From NCBI GenBank assembly GCA_025462865.1, contig JAOAPI010000058.1:50090-114089 (forward strand): a DNA stretch of 64,000 nt, written 5' to 3'. Numbering within the stretch: position 1 is the first letter of the stretch; each line of letters starts with the position of its first letter. Under the pieces are notes generated by a model that searched no databases, was not told where the DNA came from, and saw nothing but the letters and a program-made list of their open reading frames with translations. Origin of the DNA: Candidatus Sulfotelmatobacter sp. (GTDB lineage: Bacteria > Acidobacteriota > Terriglobia > Terriglobales > Acidobacteriaceae). Positions 9,785 to 17,623 of the stretch are shown here, piece by piece. Position numbers and translations under genes: made by a program.

Positions 9785-10480
9785 ATGATGAATGCAGGCG
9801 ATGTTGTTTCTTATCTGGAAATGTGCGCCGACTTTGGCGTCAACCTTCAGAGAGGAATGAACTTTCGACTAGTGCCCGGTCAAAGCCTCATCTTGATGAG
9901 CCTGCGACCTGGCGCTCCCTATGCAGATGGTGTCGAAGAGGGCGGGAAAGTGATCATCTACGAAGGACACAATCTCCCGCTGACAAAGGGTGGGCCCGAT
10001 CCGAAAACCGTTGACCAGCCTGAATTTCTGCCCAGTGGTCGGCTCACACAGAATGGTCTGTTTGCCGATGCCGTTAGGCGCTTTAAGGCAAGTAGAGCGG
10101 AACCAGAGAGAGTAAAAGTATTTGAAAAAATCCGCGCAGGGATTTGGGTTTATAACGGCGTCTTTAGGCTCGTGGATGTTTGGCAAGAAACATCAGACCG
10201 ACGGCAAGTTTTCAAGTTTAAGCTCGAGATTTTAGATCAGTTGCGGGATCTGTCGGCCCCTTCAATCTTCAGAATCGATCACGACCGGGTAATACCAGCT
10301 GCGGTTAAGATCGAGGTGTGGAAACGGGATAAAGGGAGTTGCGTGAAATGCGGTAGCAAAGAGAACCTACACTTTGATCACGTCATTCCCTATTCACAGG
10401 GTGGATCTTCCAAAGACGCCAAGAACATACAGATCCTCTGTCTTAGGCACAACCTGGACAAGCGTGACAGAATCGAGTAA
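9785..10480 (+). CDS. HNH endonuclease with SRA/YDG-like N-terminal domain (putative type IV modification-dependent nuclease)
   Basis: The C-terminus CVKCGS..LHFDHVIPYSQGG...NIQILCLRHNLDK is an HNH motif. The N-terminus has IIYEGH and WVYNGVFRLVDVWQE..VFKFKL, resembling the SRA YTGxGG / YDG-Y-K-V signatures. Visibly lower GC than the neighbours. Confidence 0.75.
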   Translation: MMNAGDVVSYLEMCADFGVNLQRGMNFRLVPGQSLILMSLRPGAPYADGVEEGGKVIIYEGHNLPLTKGGPDPKTVDQPEFLPSGRLTQNGLFADAVRRFKASRAEPERVKVFEKIRAGIWVYNGVFRLVDVWQETSDRRQVFKFKLEILDQLRDLSAPSIFRIDHDRVIPAAVKIEVWKRDKGSCVKCGSKENLHFDHVIPYSQGGSSKDAKNIQILCLRHNLDKRDRIE

Positions 10481-10500
10481 AGCGTCGGTGACTTCCTGGC

Positions 10501-10737
10501 CTAGGTACCATTGAGGATAGCTGAGACTTGCCGGCGCGCTTCTGCCCATGGGATGGGTTTCGCTTTGCCGGAGTCCAGTTCCCGGATTCGGCGCGCGATC
10601 TCCTGGTTCCATTCCTCCTCGGCGGAAGCGTCCACGGTGTCGTCCAGGCTCTCCAGAAGGGAGCCAGCCAACGCAGCGCGTGCTTCGGCGGGAAGGGCAA
10701 GCGCCTTTTTCAACAGTTCAGAAACATCCTGCGTCAT
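10501..10737 (-). CDS. putative addiction-module antitoxin component (TIGR02574-like), no cognate toxin nearby
   Basis: 78 aa with LPAEARAALAGSLLESLD...EEEWNQEIARRIRELDSGKAKPIPWAEA, the pattern typical of that family. Confidence 0.6.
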   Translation of the reverse strand: MTQDVSELLKKALALPAEARAALAGSLLESLDDTVDASAEEEWNQEIARRIRELDSGKAKPIPWAEARRQVSAILNGT

Positions 10738-10793
10738 GCGGCTATTTTACATCCTTCACGAGATTCGTCTCGCGGACCCGTCCTCCAAAAGCC

Positions 10794-10821
10794 AACGGCA
10801 GACCTTTGCAGGTCTGCCGTT
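10794..10821 (-). terminator. putative intrinsic terminator of rpsT
   Basis: Perfect 11-bp stem AACGGCAGACC/GGTCTGCCGTT. On the minus strand it is followed by GGCTTTTGG. Confidence 0.55.
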
Positions 10822-10851
10822 TCAAGTGCCAAGCTAACGAAAGGGTAACTG

Positions 10852-11115
10852 CTACTTAATCGCATTGACGCGCTTGCCCAGCCGGGATTTATAGCGCGCG
10901 GCCGTATTCCCGTGCAGCGTGCCCTTCTGGATCGCCTTGTCGAGCGCGGATACGGTTTCGCGATAAGTCTTTTCCGCGGCTGCCTTGTCGCCCTTGTCGA
11001 TGGTTTCGCGCAGCGTGCGCAACGCGGTGCGCAGGCGGGAGGTGTTGGCGCGATTGGTAGCTGTGCGTTTCGTGGTCTGACGGGCGCGCTTAAGCGCCGA
11101 GTGATGATTAGCCAT
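10852..11115 (-). CDS. rpsT: 30S ribosomal protein S20
   Basis: [13 protein letters not shown]...[12 protein letters not shown] is the canonical S20 sequence. The start is refined to ATG 11115 within ORF 10852..11208. Confidence 0.9.
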   Translation of the reverse strand: MANHHSALKRARQTTKRTATNRANTSRLRTALRTLRETIDKGDKAAAEKTYRETVSALDKAIQKGTLHGNTAARYKSRLGKRVNAIK

Positions 11116-11172
11116 GTGTGGTTCGTTACCTTCGTGTGAACAGCAGGATATTCGGGAAGTACCGAATTGCTT

Positions 11173-11202
11173 ATTATAAGAGAGCAAGTCTTGACTGGTC
11201 AA
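11173..11202 (-). promoter_or_regulatory. sigma70-type promoter candidate for rpsT
   Basis: On the minus strand: TTGACC, 18-nt spacer, TATAAT. It lies about 55 nt upstream of the rpsT ATG. Confidence 0.5.
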
Positions 11203-11502
11203 ACACATGGCATGACCTCACGGCGTTCCTTTCCTGGATGAAGGATCGCAAAGCGCCCGCATTCGTGGCCGCCACCCGGACGCGAGCAGTGCCGGCGTCG
11301 TCGGCTGGCAAAAACGGATAAATCGCTGCCATTGACTCCCACTCCGGCCCGGGGTACGCTTTAATTAATGGCAGTGACTTGCCTCCTGGGCATGCGCATT
11401 CCGGCTGGTCTCGTCTCCAAGCGTAATCCTGTTTTGTCTGCGAAGCGGCTATGTGGGTACTCGATGAACAGTGCCCGGCAGGAGCGCCTCGCTTCGCTCA
11501 GT

Positions 11503-11525
11503 GGGACAGCCGAAACGGCCGTCCC
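11503..11525. repeat. GGGACRGCC hairpin (REP-like)
   Basis: GGGACAGCCG-AAA-CGGCCGTCCC. A related copy lies at 44973..44997. Confidence 0.45.
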
Positions 11526-11564
11526 TACATGGTTCGTTTCTACCTCGAGCGCCGAAGAGACTGA

Positions 11565-12629
11565 ATGAAAAAAAGCATCGGGATTAGTCCTAACATTGAA
11601 ACTTTGTTTGGCACGCGCGACGAGAACGTGCGCGTGTTGGAAGATGGGCTGAATGTCACCATTGATCTGCGCTCGAACGCCATCGAACTGGAGGGCGCGG
11701 CTCGTGATGTAGCTCGCGCCGAACAGGTATTTGCCGACTACGAAAGCCTGCAGCGCTCCGGATACAGCTTCAACAATGGCGACCTGAACAGCATGCTCCG
11801 CGTGCTGACGGCGGATCCGAGTGCTACGCTGCGCGGACTAGCCGATGCCGGCCGCCAGCGCTCACTAGGACGCCGCATGGTGCAACCCAAAAGCGTGAAT
11901 CAGCGGCGCTACGTGGAAGCCATCGAGAGCCATGACATGGTTTTCGGCGTGGGCCCAGCGGGGACAGGAAAAACTTATCTGGCCGTCGCCATGGCGATTT
12001 CCGCGTTGCTGGCGAAACGCGTGAACCGCATCATCCTGGCGCGTCCCGCGGTGGAAGCGGGCGAGCGGCTGGGTTTCTTGCCGGGCACACTGCAGGACAA
12101 AATCGATCCATATCTGCGGCCGCTGTACGACGCCCTGTATGACATGCTCGATCCGGAAAAAGTGGATCGCTATCTGGAAAAAAACGTTATCGAGATTGCT
12201 CCTATCGCCTTCATGCGTGGGCGCACTCTAAATGATTCGTTCGTGATTCTTGATGAAGCGCAAAACACCACTTCCGAACAGATGAAGATGTTCGTCACGC
12301 GCCTCGGATTCAACTCCAAAGCGGTGATCACCGGGGACATCACCCAGATCGATTTACCCAACGCCAGACGCAGCGGATTGCTCGAGGCAATCGAGATATT
12401 GAAGCGAGTTGAAGGATTGACCTTCGTTCACTTCGACGAAGCCGATGTGGTGCGGCACCACCTGGTGCAACGGATCATCCGAGCCTACGACGAGCACAAA
12501 ACATTGGTGGCTGAACAGCAAATGCTGCTGCTCGCGGGCGGGAAGAGTGGCGAAGGGATTGCCGGGAAGGGCGGCGAGCACAACGGCCCACCCAGCATTA
12601 AGGATCGTTCCACAGCTTCGGGAGAATAG
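11565..12629 (+). CDS. phoH: PhoH family ATPase
   Basis: GPAGTGKTYLAV Walker A and FVILDEAQN Walker B. Begins the phoH-ybeY-corC order. Confidence 0.9.
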   Translation: MKKSIGISPNIETLFGTRDENVRVLEDGLNVTIDLRSNAIELEGAARDVARAEQVFADYESLQRSGYSFNNGDLNSMLRVLTADPSATLRGLADAGRQRSLGRRMVQPKSVNQRRYVEAIESHDMVFGVGPAGTGKTYLAVAMAISALLAKRVNRIILARPAVEAGERLGFLPGTLQDKIDPYLRPLYDALYDMLDPEKVDRYLEKNVIEIAPIAFMRGRTLNDSFVILDEAQNTTSEQMKMFVTRLGFNSKAVITGDITQIDLPNARRSGLLEAIEILKRVEGLTFVHFDEADVVRHHLVQRIIRAYDEHKTLVAEQQMLLLAGGKSGEGIAGKGGEHNGPPSIKDRSTASGE

Positions 12630-12656
12630 CGCGCAATCAGTGAACGCCGGAACAAA

Positions 12657-13169
12657 TTGATTATTTTCCGAAAAAGAATCGCTGGACTGAGCGCGTCCAC
12701 CCTCGAACGCTTTGTGTTACGGGCCAGGAAAGCCGTCGGTTTGCGTGACGCGGTGAATGTTCTGGTAACGAACAGCGATGAATTACGGTCTTTGAACCGG
12801 CAATTTCGCGGGACGGACAAAGCCACCGACGTGCTGTCGTTTCCGTCTTCGCCTCTGAACCATCGCGGTGCCAGACGCGTCGGGGGAGACGTGGCCATTT
12901 CCGTGGATATTGCTCGCGAAAACGCCAGCCGGCTAGGACATTCCGTAGCCGATGAAGTCAAAATTCTGGTTCTGCACGGCATCCTGCATCTGGCGGGGTT
13001 CGATCACGAGCACGATCATGGCGAGATGGCCCGAAAAGAGGCTCGATTGCGCCACGATCTAAAGTTGGAGGGCGGTCTGATCGAAAGATCCGAGGCGCGT
13101 ATTCGTCATCCTTTTACCAGCAAGAAACGTCGAGATCCCGCGCCCGATGCGAGGAGGAAAACAGCATGA
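12657..13169 (+). CDS. ybeY: rRNA maturation endoribonuclease YbeY
   Basis: HGILHLAGFDHEHD zinc-binding motif. Confidence 0.9.
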   Translation: MIIFRKRIAGLSASTLERFVLRARKAVGLRDAVNVLVTNSDELRSLNRQFRGTDKATDVLSFPSSPLNHRGARRVGGDVAISVDIARENASRLGHSVADEVKILVLHGILHLAGFDHEHDHGEMARKEARLRHDLKLEGGLIERSEARIRHPFTSKKRRDPAPDARRKTA

Positions 13170-14431
13170 ATTGGTCCCTAGCGCTGGCGCTGATTCCTCT
13201 GCTGGCTTTGCTGGCATTGGCTTCCTACGTGGAGCGCGTCTATCAGGAGATCGGTAAATTTCTCTCTCGAGATTTTCAGGACAACATCGACGTCTTCGAG
13301 CAAAGGGTTGAACCCATCCTCAATGTGAGCCGCACCCGGGCATCGCTTTCCATGTCGGTGCTGAAGCAGGCGACCACAGCTACCATCGCCTTGACCGTAG
13401 GCTACCTGGTTTTTGGCGACGAGCGCTGGGGGATCTACGAGATCCTCCAGGCAGCGATTACTCTGGTCCTGATCATCATCGTCTTCAACCAGTTTCTTCC
13501 ATTCGTTATGTTTTCGCGGACCAATGGCGCGTGGCTGATTCGCTGGACATGGTTGCTGCGAATGCTGATTTATTTGGTGCTGCCCCTAACGATTGTGATT
13601 GGATTCCTGCAGTCGGTTGCGTCTCTCACGCGCGCGAATACGCGGGAACAGCCGGAAACTACGGCGGAGGCTGTGGATGCGCTGATCGAAGCGGGGCAGG
13701 AAGAAGGCATCATCCAGAAAGGCGATCGCGACCTAATTCAATCCGCCGTGGAATTCAGCGGCAAGACCGTGCGCGAAGCCATGAAGCCGCGGCCTGAAAT
13801 TTTTGCTGTACCTGTTGAGACTACAGTCGAACGGTTCATCGAAATGCTCCGCACAAAGCACTACTCGCGGGTTCCTGTGTATTCGGAAAGCGTTCATGAC
13901 ATTAAAGGGATCGTCTACGCGCAGGACGTATTGCAAGTTCCAGACACCGAGGCTGCCAAACGAACTCTCGATACACTGATGCGTCGCGACGTTTATTTCG
14001 TGCCCGAGAGTAAACTTGGCAGCGATCTTCTGCGTGAAATGCAGAAAAATAACATCCGCATAGCGATTGTGGTCGACGAATATGGCGGCGTAGCCGGACT
14101 GGTGACGATCGAAGATCTGGTGGAAGAGATTGTTGGTGAAATCCGCGATGAACATGAAAAACCAGAGATCGTCAGAGAAAATGAACGGTCCTACATTGTT
14201 TCGGGCGGAATGGATGTAGATCGCCTCGCCGAACTATTTGGAACAAAACCCGAAGGACGAGAATCCGCGACCGTTGCGGGTTTGGTCAGTGAACTGGCTG
14301 GGCATATTCCACGAAGAGGCGAGACCGTGGACGATGACGGCCTGCGCTTTGAAGTTCTCGAATCCACCGACCGCAAGGTAGAGCGCGTAAGAATCAGCGC
14401 CGTGCAACCTCAGCAGTTGAAATTGATCTGA
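13166..14431 (+). CDS. corC: CNNM/CorC-type hemolysin-family protein (DUF21 TM + CBS pair + CorC_HlyC)
   Basis: N-terminal TM region, CBS-pair region and C-terminal transporter-associated domain. ATGA overlap with ybeY. Confidence 0.85.
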   Translation: MNWSLALALIPLLALLALASYVERVYQEIGKFLSRDFQDNIDVFEQRVEPILNVSRTRASLSMSVLKQATTATIALTVGYLVFGDERWGIYEILQAAITLVLIIIVFNQFLPFVMFSRTNGAWLIRWTWLLRMLIYLVLPLTIVIGFLQSVASLTRANTREQPETTAEAVDALIEAGQEEGIIQKGDRDLIQSAVEFSGKTVREAMKPRPEIFAVPVETTVERFIEMLRTKHYSRVPVYSESVHDIKGIVYAQDVLQVPDTEAAKRTLDTLMRRDVYFVPESKLGSDLLREMQKNNIRIAIVVDEYGGVAGLVTIEDLVEEIVGEIRDEHEKPEIVRENERSYIVSGGMDVDRLAELFGTKPEGRESATVAGLVSELAGHIPRRGETVDDDGLRFEVLESTDRKVERVRISAVQPQQLKLI

Positions 14432-14432
14432 A

Positions 14433-14564
14433 GTCAGCTTCTAGCTTCTGGCTTCTAGCGAGTCCCACGCCACCATTCCCCGAGGGAGTCCGGTCGGACT
14501 ACTGATTCATGGGATACTAAACGTGAACATCAACTTGCTGTGCCAGTAGCCAGTAGCTAGAAAC
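14433..14564. repeat. composite element: CTTCTRG heptads (14438-14458) and GCCAGTA/GCTAGAA heptads (14542-14562) flanking an ~80-nt core
   Basis: The left 28 nt are 27/28 identical to 29661-29688. The arms are largely reverse-complementary. Confidence 0.75.
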
Positions 14565-14573
14565 GTCTTTCCT

Positions 14574-15569
14574 ATGCCCTTCCGCTCCGGTTTTGTTTGC
14601 ATTCTAGGCCGTCCCAACGCTGGCAAGTCAACGCTTCTTAATGCTCTCGTGGGTGAAAAGCTCGCCATCATTTCTCCCAAGCCTCAGACCACGCGCAACC
14701 GGATTCAGGGCGTGGTCAATATTCCCAAAGGTAAAGGCAAAGGACAGAGCGGCGCGCAGATCGTTTTGATCGACACGCCCGGCGTCCACAAGCCAGACAG
14801 TTCGCTGGGCCGGAAGATGATGGTCGAGGTGCGCGAAGCTCTGGAAGGCTGCGATGTTGTGCTCCTGATTATGGACGCAACCCGCAAGCTCGATCAGCGC
14901 GATGAGTTCGCCATCCAGATGCTGAAGCATTTATCTACGAAGGTTTGTCTTGTCCTGAACAAAGTTGACCTGCTGAGGGGTGGAAAAAGTCAGCTGTTGC
15001 CGTTGATTGAGGAGTACAAGAAGCTGCATCAATTCCACGAGATCATCCCGATTTCCGCGCTTAAACATGACGGACTCGACATACTGCTCAAGGAAGTGAC
15101 GACCGCGTTGCCTGCCGGACCACCGTATTTCCCCCCGGACCAACTGACTGATCAGCCGGCACGCTTCATGGCGGCGGAGATTGTTCGCGAACGTGTGCTG
15201 GTCGAAACCGAGGAAGAGTTGCCCTACGCAACCACGGTTATCGTTGACAGTTTCGAAGAGGGTGCTAAGTTGACGCGCGTCGCGGCCACGATCTATTGCG
15301 AACGCGAAGGGCAGAAAGGCATCCTGATCGGCAAGAAAGGACAGATGCTGAAACGGATCGGCACCTCGGCCCGATTGCAGATTGAGCGCATGGTCGGAAC
15401 GAAAGTATTTCTTGAGCTTTACGTCAAAGTACGGCCCAATTGGCGCGAATCGCGCGGCTTTGTGGAAGAACTAGATTGGAGAAGACAGTTAGAGCATCTA
15501 ACCAGCGGACACGTCGACGTGGAGAAAGCGTCGGTTAAACATGAACAACAGAAAAAACGCCAGGGATAA
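14574..15569 (+). CDS. era: GTPase Era
   Basis: GRPNAGKSTLLN, DTPG and NKVD G-motifs plus a C-terminal KH domain. Confidence 0.9.
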   Translation: MPFRSGFVCILGRPNAGKSTLLNALVGEKLAIISPKPQTTRNRIQGVVNIPKGKGKGQSGAQIVLIDTPGVHKPDSSLGRKMMVEVREALEGCDVVLLIMDATRKLDQRDEFAIQMLKHLSTKVCLVLNKVDLLRGGKSQLLPLIEEYKKLHQFHEIIPISALKHDGLDILLKEVTTALPAGPPYFPPDQLTDQPARFMAAEIVRERVLVETEEELPYATTVIVDSFEEGAKLTRVAATIYCEREGQKGILIGKKGQMLKRIGTSARLQIERMVGTKVFLELYVKVRPNWRESRGFVEELDWRRQLEHLTSGHVDVEKASVKHEQQKKRQG

Positions 15570-15720
15570 TCGAGGTCATGACGAAGTCGATTCGGTCATT
15601 CCCGCGTCCTTTGCACCTCGGTCTGCGCCCTTCAGTCACGTCGGCGCGTTTGTCGGATTGAGATAACGCAGATAGAATCAAGGCATCATTAAGCTGCATC
15701 TATAGTACCGGGCCCAAAAC

Positions 15721-16182
15721 ATGTCATCGGTGGATTCTTCGGATCAATCCTTTCCTGAAAAAGATTTCGATCCAGCCAAGCTAGCCCTGGTCCTGCGGGT
15801 GACGCTTTCCGCCGACCGCAATGCCGTGGATCCAGTCGTACAAGAAGTAATGGCTGTGGTCCGCCAGATGAAAGGCGCGGAGGGCAAGGAAGATGCTATC
15901 GAATTATCTCTGCAAGAAGCTTTGGCCAACGCCGTAATTCACGGCGCCAAAGAAGATCCCACCAAGACTGTGGAGTGCGTGGTAAGCAGCGATGATGAAC
16001 GCGGCATACTGATCGTGGTGCGAGATCCTGGTGCTGGTTTCAGTCCGGAAGCCATTTCGGCCTGCACAGTGGGAGAAAATATTTATTCCAATCACGGACG
16101 CGGAATTTTTCTCATCAACCAGCTCATGGACAAGGTGGAGTTCAGGAAGAACGGCACCGAAATTCACATGGTGAAGCGGTAA
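15721..16182 (+). CDS. anti-sigma regulatory factor (RsbW/SpoIIAB-like Ser/Thr kinase, HATPase_c_2)
   Basis: LSLQEALANAVIHGA and VRDPGAGF motifs. No adjacent STAS partner. Confidence 0.7.
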   Translation: MSSVDSSDQSFPEKDFDPAKLALVLRVTLSADRNAVDPVVQEVMAVVRQMKGAEGKEDAIELSLQEALANAVIHGAKEDPTKTVECVVSSDDERGILIVVRDPGAGFSPEAISACTVGENIYSNHGRGIFLINQLMDKVEFRKNGTEIHMVKR

Positions 16183-16243
16183 CCCGGCTTTCTCCCGCTG
16201 TCCTCTATTCAGCCAAATGAGCAGTGGCTCAATCCGAGCCGCG

Positions 16244-17623
16244 CTACTCTTTAACAGCAATCCCCAGCGTTTTCATCTTGCGGTAAAGATGGCTTCTCTC
16301 CAGGCCAAGCACTTCAGCGGCGCGGGTGACGTTGCCATGATTTTCGTCCAATTTCTTCAGAATAAAATCTCGCTCGTAGGCATCGCGGGCCTGATGCAAT
16401 GTGGTGAATTCGCTTCGCGCGGCGCGACGGTTGCCGTCACGGTAGACCAGCGGCGGGAGATGTTTGCGGTCGAATCGCGTGGTCATGGGATTCATGATCA
16501 CAATGCGCTCAATCACATTGCGCAATTCACGGACGTTGCCCGGCCATGAATAGCGCATCAGGGCCTCGACCGCATCATCTGTAATCTCTCGAGGTCGGCG
16601 TCCATAAGTTACAGCCAGGTCTTTCAGGAAGTGTCGTGCAAATAGAGGGATATCTTCCTTGCGATCGCGCAGCGGGGGCACGAAAAATGGAATCACGTTC
16701 AAGCGGTAAAAAAGATCCTCACGGAAATTTCCTTTGGAGATTTCCTCTTCCAGATCCTTATTTGTGGAAGCGATGATGCGCGCATCCACCATGATCGTGT
16801 CATCGCCGCCGAGCGGATTGACGCGCTGCTCCTCCAGAGTGCGCAGCACTTTCGACTGGGTTTTCAAACTCATGTCGCCCACTTCATCGAGAAATAGCGT
16901 TCCTCCGCTGGCCTTTTGGAACTTGCCTTCCTTGTCAGCGGCCGCGCCCGGGAACGATCCTTTGTAATGGCCGAAAAGTTCGCTCTCGATGAGATCTTCT
17001 GGAATGGCGGCGCAGTTGACCTCAACAAAAGTTTCGTCTTTGCGCAAGCTTTGCGCATGGATGGCGTGGGCCACCAACTCCTTGCCGGTGCCGGACTCGC
17101 CATAGATCAGAACCCGGCCGTTGGTGGGCGCCATCAGGCCAATCTGCTGGCGCAGCGCCTTCATGGGAATGCTGTCGCCCACAATGATGCTCTTGGCGTG
17201 AAGCTGCTTTTTCAGGTCGACATTTTCATGCCGGAGTTTTTTGGATTCGATCGCATTTTTTACGAGGATCAGCGTCTTGTCGATAGAAAGGGGTTTTTCC
17301 AGAAAGTCATAAGCGCCCAGTTTGGTGGCTCGCACAGCGGTTTCGATGGTGCCATGACCGGAAATCATGATTACTTCGGGGGCATTGTCGGTCTCACGAA
17401 TTTTCTCCAGCGTCTCCAGTCCGTCGATGCCGGGCAGCCAGATATCCAGCAGCACCACCTCAAAATTGTGCTGACGCCGCAAGAGTTTCAGGCATTCTTC
17501 ACCACTCTCGACCGACGCGGTCTCGTAGCCCTCGTCCGTCAGCACTCCTTCGAGCGATTCGCGGATACCGGTTTCGTCGTCGACGATGAGAAGTTTATGC
17601 ATGCTGGGGGGCAGCGGTGACAA
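16244..17623 (-). CDS. ntrX: sigma54-type AAA+ response regulator, NtrX-like
   Basis: REC domain, AAA+ domain (GESGTGKE) and C-terminal Fis-type HTH. The GAFTGA loop reads GSFPGA. Confidence 0.85.
   Translation of the reverse strand: MSPLPPSMHKLLIVDDETGIRESLEGVLTDEGYETASVESGEECLKLLRRQHNFEVVLLDIWLPGIDGLETLEKIRETDNAPEVIMISGHGTIETAVRATKLGAYDFLEKPLSIDKTLILVKNAIESKKLRHENVDLKKQLHAKSIIVGDSIPMKALRQQIGLMAPTNGRVLIYGESGTGKELVAHAIHAQSLRKDETFVEVNCAAIPEDLIESELFGHYKGSFPGAAADKEGKFQKASGGTLFLDEVGDMSLKTQSKVLRTLEEQRVNPLGGDDTIMVDARIIASTNKDLEEEISKGNFREDLFYRLNVIPFFVPPLRDRKEDIPLFARHFLKDLAVTYGRRPREITDDAVEALMRYSWPGNVRELRNVIERIVIMNPMTTRFDRKHLPPLVYRDGNRRAARSEFTTLHQARDAYERDFILKKLDENHGNVTRAAEVLGLERSHLYRKMKTLGIAVKE

Noticed and set aside
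10481-10850. Toxin partner for the TIGR02574-like antitoxin
   Set aside because: No ORF of suitable size lies immediately downstream, because the convergent HNH gene ends 20 nt away. Upstream is only the rpsT terminator. The overlapping ORFs 10394..10612, 10443..10700, 10511..10837 and 10528..10848 are frame shadows without toxin motifs.
11118-11568. ORFs 11118..11321 and 11368..11568 in the rpsT-phoH gap
   Set aside because: They have no RBS and an Arg/Ser-rich, non-protein-like composition. The region is better explained as two divergent leaders. A TTGACT-17-TACGCT promoter candidate for phoH sits at 11332-11360, but with a ~200-nt leader it is too speculative to list as a feature.
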